DNA of 64,000 nt from NCBI RefSeq assembly GCF_018350175.1, contig NC_058378.1:65348001-65412000 (forward strand), written 5' to 3'. Below the pieces are notes generated by a model. That model was given only the letters and a program-made list of their open reading frames with translations, was not told the DNA's origin and made no database searches. Made by a program: the position numbers and the translations under genes. This DNA comes from Felis catus. Taxonomy: Eukaryota. The stretch's first letter is position 1; each line of letters begins with the position of its first letter. Positions 13,301 through 24,990 of the stretch are shown in pieces.

Positions 13301-13844
13301 AGAAAACATATTGATTATACAATGTTAATGGTCAGCAAAACACAAAATTGGATCATTCCCATCTATGAGAAAAATGTCTCCTTGTTGATGATGAAAAGGA
13401 AAAGATCCCATACAGAAATAGAAAAAAAAAGTTGATACTTTTGTTATTTGATATTTTTACTTTTTCCCTTTGGGAAGAAAGCAAAAACTTGCAGCAAAAT
13501 GGCTCGCTCATCATGCAAAAAGGCTGTTCTGCCTGAGTAAAGAAAATAAGTTTGCTTAATACAGGAGCTTGAAGCCCTCCTGCTATTACAACAGAAGTAG
13601 TAGCATGTTGTTTCCACTGAGAGGGGACAGGAAGGAAGTCATGACTTAGAATCCATTGGTCTCAATATCTATTGGCTGTATAGGCCATGGAAAAATTTTG
13701 GATATGCCTGAACCCCTATTTTCTCATTTTTAAATCAGTTATAATAACATCTGCTTTATTTGCCTAAGTTGTAAGTGAAGTGACCAGAGTAGTTCAACAC
13801 ATAGGGCAGAAGAATACTTTAGTTTCCTACTCTTCTAAGTCATT

Positions 13845-13975
13845 CTGGTGCAGGATGTTGATAATGGGGAAGGCTATGCATGTGCGGGGATGGGGGGTGC
13901 ACTATATGGGATATCTCTGAAATTTCGCCTCAATTTTGGATGACCCTAGAATTTCTCTAAAAATAAATCCTTAAA
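13845..13975 (+). mobile_element. L1MB-type 3' terminus
   Basis: tctggtgcaggatgttgataatggggaaggctatgcatgtg...atatgggatatctctg...ctcaatttt...tctaaaaataaa. Confidence 0.8.
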
Positions 13976-14029
13976 CTCCTAATTTTTTTAAAGTGGATTC
14001 CAAAGTATAACACTTGAAACTTTGCCACT

Positions 14030-16700
14030 CAGAATGATTTTCTGTAAATGCTGTCTGAGTCACTGGGGTGGATCTGTAGTCAATCTACCAATCATTTCAG
14101 TATCTATCAACATACTAAGGTAACTCACCTATGAATCAAGCTCAAAACTTTTTGTTGTTGTTGGCTGGTCTCTGTTAGCAGAGAATAAGGTAACTAAAGC
14201 AAAAATGGCAGATGGCATTGCTATCTAGGAAAGCTGATTGATCAGCTTACTTGTGCCTTACTCCTGCCTGACCTTGGATACACCATTTCTATGTAATTGT
14301 ATCCAAGTTTATAAACTGCTGAGTCTGAGAGAAATGAATTCATGATGAACATTTATGGTCACATAGTCATGTGATATCATGGCCTGACTCAAGAAACATA
14401 GGAAATCTATATTCTGCTTCTTTAATGGATTTGCCCTTAAAATCTATATGACATTGTTGCCCATTATAGATACATCTAATACCAACATGTGTGATGGGTC
14501 ATATGGTAGAACTTGAACCACATCCTGAATTTGATTCAGAGCCTTTATACAGTGCAGGGTCCACTCAAAGCAGGTAGTCTTTTATGCTACTGGGCAAATG
14601 CTTTGAAATAATATAAAGTGTAAACTACACTACCCTACAACATGAAGAAGATAATCAAGCTGTGCTTCTTTCTTAGTGGTGGGAGGTGCAAGAGAAGCAA
14701 CAATTTGTGCTTTATTTTCAAGCAGATACTCTGTTATGTCAAGCACATGTGATCCCTAAAAACGCCACTTTTGTGCCTGGCCCCCAAACTCTTACAGAAT
14801 TTACCTCCCACCTTAAAGTGTATATGACTACCCAAAGCTCCAACATATTTGCGATTTCCTGCTCATCTGGTCTGATTTACCTAATGTTATTAAACTAGTA
14901 GAACAACATAATGTTCTGTAGACTCTCCAGAGTGTGAAGATCATTTGAGACTATATTATACCAAAGGATAGTAGAATAAATATAGCCCGAAAGCATAAAT
15001 ATAAATGTATACTGTTGTGTACCCTCCATGAAGGCAAAATATTTTTGATAATTCTTGGTAGGGATGGGAAGAATACATTTTCCAGATCAATGACCTCATA
15101 ATATATAACTGAGGTTTTGTCAATCTGCTCTAGCAAAGATACCTCATCTGGCAGAGCATCTGCATATAGATTTATTACTTCATGGATTTTTGTGATAATT
15201 TGCTGCCATCTTCCCATATCTATGTTTTTTGGTGGAGCCATTAAACATGGTTACAATCTGGGCCATATTCCTGGCATCCTTTACGTCTTCAGGTATGCCA
15301 CTAATCTTTGCCTCCTAATTCAGGTTCAGAGTCAGGGCTAGAGTACGTGATCTTGAAAGTGCAAGTTTTCTTAAATGTTGTGCCTTAGGTGCCTCACTTA
15401 TTCCACCCTAGTCCTGGCCTTCCTTGGGATACATTATTGTTTTTAATTTAAAATCTTAGTCTTTGTGGCTTTTATCACTTTGGTAGTTCTTACCCCAAAG
15501 GCCAAGGAACTGGTGGAAGCTCCTACCAACAACCACATATGCTTACTCCAACTACACATTTGAGGACCAAGGGAATGATCCCTGGGAATACTCATATCCT
15601 ACTTTAAGAGGGGCACAATAATGACATGTCTGATTCCTGAGATTTAATGTCAAAGTGGATCATGCATCTAATATTCTTCAAAATGCCATAGTATTCCCAT
15701 TTCTCAAGTGAAAAGTTATCTATTTGTAGTCTTGACTCTCTTTGAGAATGAGGGACTACGTTATTGTATATACTTGTGGAATTATATGATCCTTCGTCCT
15801 GAGAACACAACCTATTCACCAATGTATTAGTTCAGTTCCATAACATTGAGCAAATGTGGGCCAAGAATTATGATTTTATTATTAGGGTATCTTACATTTG
15901 CCCCTTGATTGTTCTTGATTTCTTTGGATTGAACAGATTAAGCAACACTCTTGTTTCCAGCCTAACATTCTTGCCCTTAGAAATACTATGTTTTATTAAT
16001 TTTTTCCATAGCTCTCTATGAGTTAGGCTTCCCTGGCTGTCATTCTGCCTGTATAACTCATTATCGGTTTTGTGCCCACCTATCTAATGTTTTAGGATGG
16101 CAACCTGGCCCCTGTGATTTTAGCATCCCACCATTTCACTGTTATTAGGCAGGTCAATTTTATAACAGCATCTCCCACCGTAGCCTCAACCTACAGAGGA
16201 CAGTCAATGTGAACTTACAAGTGATGCTGGGGCTCCTCTCACCAGGGCATATCTTATCTCTTTGAAACACAAAGCCCTCTAGTCCTGTCACAGAACAAAT
16301 CCAGCTAGTTTGTAAATAGCCTTCCATAGTATACACACTCTAGTATTTTCATGCCTCTGAACCTTTTAATCCCTTTTTCCAATATCTACCTCAGTGGCCC
16401 TGACATTTCTACATCAGTTTATTATGAGCCATCACATTATTAAAGGCTTCAGGAGCTACCCTAGCAGCATATCAGCACTGTCTCCCAGAGTCTTGCTAGA
16501 GGGTTAAGTCCTGTATCTTGGGATAGATCATTTTCTTCAGCAACATATTTCTTGCCCAACTATGTGTTTCTGTCCCGAGATGAAGCATCCTCAGGATCCA
16601 GTCCTACATATAATTTCCTGGCTTCTGTTAGTTGGAGCTGGCTTGGTTCTATGGGTCCAGCAGCTCCATGAAGTAGAGTACTTCCCAACTTTTGTAATTT
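14030..16700 (-). mobile_element. Degenerate ERV-L (HERV16/ERVL-like) internal region: gag-pro-pol (RT, RNase H), 3' truncated
   Basis: Minus-strand translations give ERV-L motifs. Gag: DWILRM (about 16600), LEKGIKRFRGMKILEC (about 16350), ALVRGAPASL (about 16230). RT: PDEVSLLEQIDKTSVIYYEVIDLENVFF (ORF 14951-15241), then after a frameshift QKYFAFMEGTQQYTFIFMLSGYIYS. Connection region: FEWTLHCIKALNQIQDVVQVLPYDP (about 14500-14570). Many stops and frameshifts. Confidence 0.85.
15333..15420. mobile_element. MER96-like hAT MITE fragment inserted in the ERV
   Basis: cttaaatgttgtgccttaggtgcctcacttattccaccctagtcctggcc resembles the recalled MER96 terminus and interrupts the ERV pro/pol text. Confidence 0.5.
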
Positions 16701-16744
16701 AGACTCCCCTGACTTGCGTGTGCTGTGATTAACCCTGCATACTG

Positions 16745-17150
16745 GTCTTGGGACAGGATGGGTTATAAGGGTTGATTCTCAAAGGAGATTTAATCTTATA
16801 AGGCAGAAGACTGTTCTTTGTCTTCAAATGATGGGGAACACTGGGTTTTAACAAGGAAGAGTGTTCTACTTCTGAAGCTTGGGGACTTATGAGGATTCAA
16901 GATTTACGAGTTTACCTAATTGAGGCAATAACCAGACCTTTATTTCCCTATGTCAATCTGCCATTTGATGGAGGGGTGCTGTGGAGAGGGGTGTAAACAT
17001 GGGTAAAGCAGTTCCCTTTGGCCAAGAGAATTTTCTGGGGAGAAATAACACAGCTGAGATCTATCACGAGCAACATTCCCTGAAGCCAGGTTAGTGAATG
17101 CCTGAGTCCTAAAGGGGAAACTTCAGTGACACACCACAATACACAACACA
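16745..17150 (-). mobile_element. LTR16A-like LTR (5' LTR of the ERV-L remnant)
   Basis: Minus strand reads tcccctttaggactcaggcattcac...aattctcttggccaaagggaactgctttaccc...agggaaataaaggtctgg, matching recalled LTR16A. Same orientation as, and just upstream of, the gag remnant. Confidence 0.7.
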
Positions 17151-17319
17151 GACTGCCTTACGTTTTCTGTCCTGGACTCTCAGGGCATCTCATGCTTGGT
17201 AGAGGATAGCAAGAATGTGGGAGACAGGGGCAGGAAATAGCCAAAAGTGGTTAATTCTCAAACAGTTCTGGAATATTGCTTGTTCTACGTATGGCACCGC
17301 AAAAGGGAAAATAGAATGC

Positions 17320-17465
17320 CATGCATTATATTGAGCCTTAGAATCCCAGAAAACTAGATTTGAATTCCCTGTCAGCTATCTTGGGCAAGTCAATTTATCT
17401 CTAGGTCCTAGATTCTCCCTCTATGGAGGATGGTTTTGTAGTAATACCTCTCTTGAAGGATTGGG
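17320..17465 (+). mobile_element. MIR
   Basis: aactagatttgaattccc...tcttgggcaagtcaattta...gtaatacctctcttg. Confidence 0.65.
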
Positions 17466-18886
17466 AAAATTTTCCTAGGGCCAGAGGTCTGAAAAATCTC
17501 CATTTCAACATCCCTTGCTGCTTTGGCAAGAGGAACTTAACTGGATTTCCCTCCTATTCCTACCAACAAGTAGTCAATGTCTCAAGAGTGTGGGTGGGTT
17601 TGGATAGGACCATCTACTCTTTCTCAAACGAGTATATTAAAGAGCTATTTAGAAGGTTCGCCTTGAGTAGGAGTACATGCATTCTGTGCTGGTGGAACAT
17701 GGGTTTTTCTCTACATGAAGCTACTTGCCTGGAAAGCTTCGTGCCACAATTCCAGATTCATTATCTGTATGCTCAGCTGACCAGCCCTGGCCATCCAAAG
17801 CCTCAGGCCGGACTCAGAAAAAAAATGAATAAAAGAGTACCTGCATATATGCACTTTTCCATGTGCCGAATGCTCTCTGTAAAGGCTTCCAAAACTTTCA
17901 TAATCCAAAACACGCAGATATGTGTTACAATTTCAGAATCACTAAAGAGGGGATTCAGTTATGAGGAACAATGAAAGCTGAAGAGGACTGACTTGATTTT
18001 GGATCCTACCAGGTGTTCAAAGAAAGCCAACTGTTTTCTGAGTAGATCACACCTGTTTAATTAGCAATAATAAGAGCCTTTAGATGATCACAGAGAAATT
18101 AAATAGCTAAAGATAAATGACCTAAGAGGGCTAACAATTTAATCCTAACTGAAGAACAAACAGAATGCAATCTAAAAATATAATCACAAGTAGAATTGTA
18201 GGTTAATGACCTTGTACTTTATAATTTAATGGAGCACACATAGTACCAGGATGAAAGTAATGGATTATAGAAAATAAATACATATACTGGCATTTTATGA
18301 ATAAATTATTCTAACACAAATTGCAATTAAATTGCTTTGTTTTAATATGATTTAGTAATTAAGCCACAAGTGGCTTACTGCCTGGTTATTGCCTGAACAG
18401 GCATCAAACAAAGTATTGGACTCAGCTAAAATATATTTGTGGAATATCCCCAAACTTTTTCTTTCGTTAGGGTGCAAGTTGCTAGGAATATTAATTACAT
18501 GCAAAAGAATTTTTTTCCTTTTCCTCCCCACTTAGGATATATATCTTTATAGGAAAAGCGTTATTATAATAAGTAGCTAGACCTGAGCCCTCTTTTATGC
18601 AAGAAATGCTGTCAATGCTGACTCAGTCCTCTCTCCAAGAGGGGCTTGTTTCTAGTTCATTCAATTTTACCTACCCACTGTCCTAACTATATGTTAACCT
18701 ATCCTGGTTTCTGTGTCCCTCTTCTGTTAACCTGTCCCTCTTCTGTGTCCCTCTTCTATGTCTCTGTGTGTAGCTCTATAGCATTGACATATCACATTCC
18801 AGTCATCAGTCTATGGATATGCTTGTGCAGGTTTCTGTGGTGTGGATCATGACACACTGTGTGTTCAATAAATATTAATCACTTAA

Positions 18887-18973
18887 GGGAGGGAGGGAGG
18901 GAGGAAGGAAGGAAGGGAGAGAGAAAGAGGGAGGGAAGAAAGAAGAAAAGGAGGGAGGGAGAACAAAAGAAAG
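18887..18973. repeat. Polypurine (GGGA/GGAA)n tract
   Basis: Directly visible. Confidence 0.9.
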
Positions 18974-19344
18974 GTGATATGTCCTGTAGGTCAGTCAACT
19001 CACTGCCTGTCCATTTGTATTGTTATTCATTTTAAGAAACAGTGTCTGAGTTACAGAGATCTATAAGAGTTAAAAGAGAAACGCTCCCCCCACCACCCAG
19101 AGAGAGACAGACAGAGAGACATCCTACTGTCCCTGCCCTTCACAGTGTCACATTTACCTGCCCCACCCACCCACCCAAGTTAAAGAGCACCTTTATTTCA
19201 GAGAATAACATGAACATGGAAACCCAATACACAAATAGGACCCCCTAGCCTTGAAAATTTTGGGGCCAGGGCCCCTCTGCCCTATAAGAAGTGTTTGAGG
19301 TATTCAGATAAAGTACCATCTACCCATGGGCAAATGGCTTGGTG

Positions 19345-19505
19345 AGCAAAGGACAACCCTGCACAAATTAGAAAAAGGAACAGCACTGAGCAGAGCCAGT
19401 TTAGAGTGAGTAGTGTGGCTATGGTGCACCTGCACATCGTCACGCCCATTAACCCCCTCCCGAGAAACATCTGTGCAGTGCATAAACTTAATAACACTGT
19501 ACAGA
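19345..19505 (-). mobile_element. MER91-like hAT MITE
   Basis: gcacaaattagaaaaagg ... tgtgcagtgcataaac are reverse-oriented MER91-like ends. Confidence 0.45.
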
Positions 19506-19548
19506 ATAGCACTTACTTCACAGAAAAGCTTAAAAAGAAACTGTTCTA

Positions 19549-19757
19549 GGAGGGCCTGGGTGGCTCAGTAGGTTAAGCAGACAACTCTTGCTTTCAGCCC
19601 AGGTCATGATGCCACAGATGTGAGATGGAGCCCCGCATTAGGCTCTGTGCTGGCAGCATGGAGCCTGCTTGGGCTTCTCTCTCTCTCCTTCTCTCTCCGC
19701 CCCTCCTCCCTGCCCATGCTCTCTCTTTCTCTAAAAATAAATAAATAAACATTTAAA
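19549..19757 (+). mobile_element. Can-SINE
   Basis: gcctgggtggctcagtaggttaagc head and A-tail. TSD aaactgttcta at 19538-19548 and 19758-19768. Confidence 0.95.
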
Positions 19758-21204
19758 AAACTGTTCTACAAATTTTCAAAGATTTATATCATTTTACATG
19801 CTTACAAATATTGTTTATAAGATACGCATACTCAAATTTGATGTAACTCACATTAAAGAGTAAGAAAAGGAAGTTGTTGCAAACACTGTGTAAAACAGTT
19901 TATAAAAATAATTATATTATTAGTAGTAATTTTAACCCAGTAATTCTAGGAGTAAAAACTAATGAAATGTTTTCTCTAACCTTCAAAAAGCCTTTATACA
20001 TAGAAATGTTCAGTGTAGTCTATGGTCAAATTGGAAGTGATAAGATGTTTATCAATAAACCCATTGGGATATAATTAAACTGTTACTTATTTTACTATAT
20101 ATGTTCAGAATAACATTGGGAAATGATGATATTATAAGTCTTATTTAGCTATAAAATTGTATTTATCCAACTTATTTTTAAATGTGTTAAAATATAATAG
20201 CAAAACCAGTATTATATTATTTTTTTCTTATTTTCAGGTTTCTACAATTTTTCTGCAATTGTATTTATTATTTGCCTGATTACAAATATTAGAAATCCCA
20301 AGGAATTTCATGCTAAATATACATTTGTCACACAACTACTCTGTCCCTGGCATTATGCTAGATTCTCAAAAGATTACAGGGGAAAAGATAACGTTTCTTG
20401 CCTTTAAAAAACTCATAATTTAGTGTCTTACAAAAAACCTTAATTTAAAAAAAAGTTGCATGTAGGATATTCTAGGAGGTGAGTAGAGTCAAAGGAATCA
20501 TAAATCCCCACAGAAGGGATGTTTGTTTGCTCAGGGCCTTAAAGGAAGTGCTTCTTGTCCCTATCTCCCTCCTGGTAAGGTCAGTTGGGCCTCTCTGAGG
20601 GTTTCCTACTTTGACATAAGTAAATGAAGGGATTTCTGATGTAAAATAAGATCTAATGAAAATAAAAATCCTCTCTCTGCTTGAAGAACAAACAAACAGA
20701 ATACAGACAAAAAGGAGAAAATAATTGTGAAGAGACTAGGCTGGGGGAGGGAGATTTGGCAAAGGAAACAGAGTTTATGATTTATAGGAAAAGATACCAC
20801 TTTACACTCTGGGGGAAAATAAGCTTACTGGTATCAAATTAAGTAGGTGCTTCATTTATTTATGATTATGACAAATAACCTCAGAAATAGGAGGATTAGA
20901 CCAACTTATAACCATTCATTTTGGACCAGGGCAGCCACCATGTTTATGTAGGGCACAAAGAAGGAGCCTGCCCCAGGAGAACAGCAGAGAATACCTCCTC
21001 TCCAGCGGCAGGTCCCCCCAAGGAGAAGAAAAGGAGTTAAACTAAGTATCCCAGTTTGTTCTTTGCAACTTTACAAACTTTACCATAAGACATAACATTC
21101 TACATCCCCTGTGGTAGAGGGAGTAAATGGTAGAGGGAGTAAACTCAACGAAAGAGTTCAGAAATTACCCTAATCTAGCTCTTATCACAGGGAAAGAAAT
21201 ATCA

Positions 21205-21393
21205 TCCATTATCAATGCAAACAAATTACCAGTGAAGCTTGTTTAAAATGCGAATTTGTAAGCTATACCCACAGAGATCTCGTTCATGATGCTAGGATAT
21301 AGCTCACAGCTTTGTATTTTTAACATTCACCTCCCTCACTAACCCTGAGGCATCTATTAGCATTGACTTTTGGACCACACTTTTAGAAACCAT
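21205..21393. mobile_element. MER5A/B-like MITE
   Basis: agcttgtttaaaatgc...cccacagagat...tgtatttttaaca...ggaccacacttttagaaacca. Confidence 0.65.
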
Positions 21394-21799
21394 AAACCAC
21401 CTCATGTCACCTATTTATGTGTTTTGTTTTGTTTTGTTTTTTAAGGAAGACCTAATAAGATAATGGAAGTAAAATATGCAATTACCTAGCTATTTATTAT
21501 AACTAGTGTTATTATTAGTTCATTGAATTCTGATGCTGCTTACATTCTGGTCCACAGAGTAATTATGGTTTTGATGAAAATTCTCTTGCCTTCATTTGGT
21601 TCAAAGGATATTTAAATCACAATACACAAAGTGTTCCATGACCACTCAAGTGAACTGAAAGCATTTCTTTAATTTCTGAAATATCAGTTACTAGAAACAC
21701 TCATCAAAACTCCACAGCTGATACTTCTCCAAGAGTTCTTCACTGAGCCTAAATAACATAAGAGCCCTTTCAACCCTGGCATTCAAATAATCCTGATCC

Positions 21800-22396
21800 C
21801 TGGAGTAGCAAGTAGAATTCTAAGATTCCTGACACCTGGCATGCACACAGGTCCCAGAAATCTACTTAGACACTAAGGTAGGTAATGACACAGAGGGCTT
21901 TGATGGATGTAACTATGGCCCTCAATCTGCTGGCCTTGAGATAGGGAGATTATCTAAGTAAGCCAGACAAATCACATGAGTGCCTTAAATATGAGTCTAG
22001 AGGTCAGAGGGAAAAAAAAGGGGGGGGGGAAGGTAAAAATTTTTAAAAAATGTGAGAGGGATTTAACCTGAGAAACTCTCCTGCTGGTTTTGAAGATGGA
22101 GACAGCCATGTGTCAGGAATATGGGTGGCTTCGAGGAACTAGGAGCGGCATCCTGCTGGCAAGCCAACAAGGAAACATGAACTCAGTTCTACAGCTGCAA
22201 AGAAGTGAATTCTGCCAACAACCAGTGTAAATTAGAAGTGCTTCCAGATCGAAATGCAGCATGAAATTCAGCCGGCGAAACCCTAAGCACACAACTCAGT
22301 TACATGGTGTCTGAATTTCTGACCTTCTGAGCCGATGAGCATTGTTTTAAGCTCCTACCTTTGTGGTAATTTGTTTTTCAGCAATAGAATAATACT
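21800..22396 (+). mobile_element. MaLR solo LTR (MLT1E-like)
   Basis: tagaattctaagat...gatagggagattatc...ctgctggttttgaagatgg...aaggaaac...gaattctgccaacaacc...tgttttaagc...tgtggtaatttgtt...gcaatagaataatac. Confidence 0.85.
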
Positions 22397-22489
22397 CTGG
22401 GTGTCTTGGCTGAAGTGCTCACTGAAGCTATAACATTTTATTTCTCCCCAGATCTGTTAAGTGGTTTTTCTAATGATAGTTGAGCTGTA

Positions 22490-22660
22490 ATTGGATAAAC
22501 TCTGACCTCTCTCTTTTCTTGCTCAGCAACACAAAAGTTGGCCAATGGTAGAAGGATGTTTGCTCCAATGAGGTGCCACAGGGCTTGATATCTGCCCATT
22601 TCCCCCTTTCCAGAAGGTTTATAAGGGATATTTTCTTGGTTTGCTGGTGCTTAAGTTGTC
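22490..22660 (+). mobile_element. Possible CR1/L3 LINE RT fragment
   Basis: gaggtgccacagggcttgatatctgccc...tttataagggat translates EVPQGLISAH...FIRD, resembling the non-LTR RT motif GVPQGSVLGP...FIND. Confidence 0.35.
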
Positions 22661-23204
22661 GATGTTCAGTTGCTTTAAGCAATTCTGACACCATACTTTG
22701 GATGAAGCAGAAAGAGAAATGCTTGGATGTTCATCTTATATTGTCAGTGAAATCCCTATTCAGAGGGATGACAGTACCCCCTCTGTCCCCAGATGAAAGT
22801 TGGAATCAATAGCCATTTCGAGCACTACTGTCTTAGTTAACAATATATTTCATTGAATTAGGATGGTGAATGATGGAGATGTCCTTGGGTCTTATCAATT
22901 ATGAAAAAGATGCAGTTTGAAGTAAACAAGACGGGCCCTGTCTTGGCAGAGATCAGCCAGGCTATGCCTCTGCGGGGACAGGCTTTCTGAGCTAGGGGAT
23001 GATCAGATTTGGCCTTACTGAACTGGGCGCCAATATAATGCAATCACAATCTCTTGTGCTCAGCCTGAATCACTGAGGACATCTCCCTACAAGGCAGACC
23101 CTGACCTTCAGGAAGCTACTAAGAACAGTGATGTCATTGTAGTAGCTGTGATTTGGAGGGCACTTCCTTAGTGCCAGGCACTGTGCTAAGTGATAAATTT
23201 ATAA

Positions 23205-23639
23205 CTGCTTCAAGCAACTGAGTATGGTAGAGGTGACATTATGGGACTTCAGTGTCTAGGTCACATTAGACCATAGGTCTTCCTTGTTCACTGACATACT
23301 CTTAGAACTTTGAGACACTACATAAATCTAATTATCTGAAAAAAAAAAACATGCAGGAAAGTTCACACTTAAGCTCTCCTGTCTGTTGTACCACTAGCCC
23401 AGCCTTCCAGCCATCCTTACCAAAGTGTCAGACATGTGAGTTAGGCCTTTATAAATATACTAGACCAGACTGTCTGCCAGTTGTATACCAGAAGTGACTT
23501 TCACCCATGCCACTTGGAATGGAAGATCACTCAGTCATGCCCTGCTTGAATTTTTAATCCACAAAAGTGTGAGCTATAATATAACAGTTTCACATTAAGC
23601 TACTAAATTTTCAAGCACCAGCAAAAGATAACTGGAACA
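23205..23639 (+). mobile_element. MaLR LTR (MLT1H/G-like)
   Basis: ccagccttccagccatcc...gtcagacatgtgagt...gccctgcttgaattt...ccacaaaa...taagctactaaattt...gataactggaaca. Confidence 0.75.
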
Positions 23640-23641
23640 AC

Positions 23642-23668
23642 TGTGTGTGTGTGTGTGTGTGTGTGTGT
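23642..23668. repeat. (TG)n microsatellite
   Basis: Directly visible. Confidence 0.95.
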
Positions 23669-24074
23669 TGAAATATGGGGATACAGGTGATCCTGATGGC
23701 TTCATCTCAGTCACAGAAAGTGGCTTAAAGGGGCTAGGGGTAGTCCGTCCTTTTGTTTTTAAAACATAGCCCAGAGCCATCCTTAGTTTTTAATCCTTAT
23801 CCATCTGGACCACCATAGTCCAAAGTGGCCTGAATAGTTTTCGGACCATCTGGTTGGAAAGACGAGGAGACTGGGAAGAGTGAAGAAAGTTGCCTTGTTT
23901 TTGTTCTAAATCATGCACTAGTGATTAAAGCATGTTAATCACTTTAGATGATTTAGCAATTAAAGCATGTTAATCACTTTAGATGGCTTGAAAGTACTGA
24001 TATTTTATGATGGTCAGGTTTTTCTCCAGCATGCCATTGAAATGGGAGCAGAAATTTAGAGATTTTTCCAGAGT

Positions 24075-24340
24075 TAAATATTAATTATATATATAAATTA
24101 TAAATATATATAATTATATATTACATTTAAGAATATATAGTATATAATATTATATAACCTTAATAATGTATTAGACATTATATTATAGAATAACATTATT
24201 AACTATGTTTTCAAATACAAATTTCATTAATTTATATTATTAGGTATATTCATATTTTTTGTGAATAACATTAATAGTATTTTTGGTAATGCAAAACTAT
24301 TATCATTGTCATTATTACCAAATTACTTAAGTAAATTAAT
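24075..24340. repeat. AT-rich low-complexity tract
   Basis: Almost pure A/T with TA runs. Confidence 0.8.
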
Positions 24341-24759
24341 CATCAGAAGAAATCAATGAGCCCTGTAATCACACTTACTTGTAAAAGTGCTAATTGCGTC
24401 AGCATAAAACCAGGCTTTGGGGGCAGCCAAGCATTGATAGTTAGCCTCCCTCTCCTAGGAAAAATGACTTCAAACTGGGCAAAAAACACACCCACCAGTG
24501 TATACATATACAGCACACACATATACACATCCTAGTGACAGCTTTCCTTTGATGGTGATAAAAGCTGAAGTATAGGTCCCTTCTGACCAGTATTTGCAAA
24601 CTTGATTTGTGCCTCCAAATAGCCTAGGTCCACAAGAAATGTTAAGTGTCGGGAGGAGGTAACTTAGACGTGTCATAGCCAGAGAAACAAGCCTATTGCT
24701 CCTTGTGTATGGGAGATTCCCTGTTAGGCGTTCCCATCGGGCATATTGGCATTAACCAC

Positions 24760-24990
24760 TGTAGTGTGGTGAAATCAGAATACAAGCTCTAGAGTCTGGG
24801 TTTATATTCCATCTAAACATCTTAGTTTCTGGGTTATCTTGGATATCATATTTTATATTTCCAAGACTTTATTTTACACTTTGTGAAATAAAGAATAATG
24901 ATATCAGCTACCACATAGGGGCTTCCTGAAGATCAAATGAATTAGTGTAGAACTAAACACAGTGCCTGACTTAAATACATTCTCAATACC
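24760..24990 (+). mobile_element. MIR
   Basis: agtctgggtttatattcc...tcttggatatc...tgaagatcaaatga...acacagtgcctgac...tctcaata. Confidence 0.7.

Noticed and set aside
14951-15241. ORF as a functional or domesticated retroviral protein
   Set aside because: It is a short open stretch in a frameshifted, stop-ridden ERV-L pol, and the catalytic motif appears decayed.
17423-17974. Longest ORF in the track (183 aa)
   Set aside because: It begins inside MIR/MER5-like repeat sequence, has no recognisable domain, and its composition is typical of a chance ORF.
18714-18757. Three copies of tgtccctcttct
   Set aside because: Ordinary slippage-derived micro-repeat with no sign of function.
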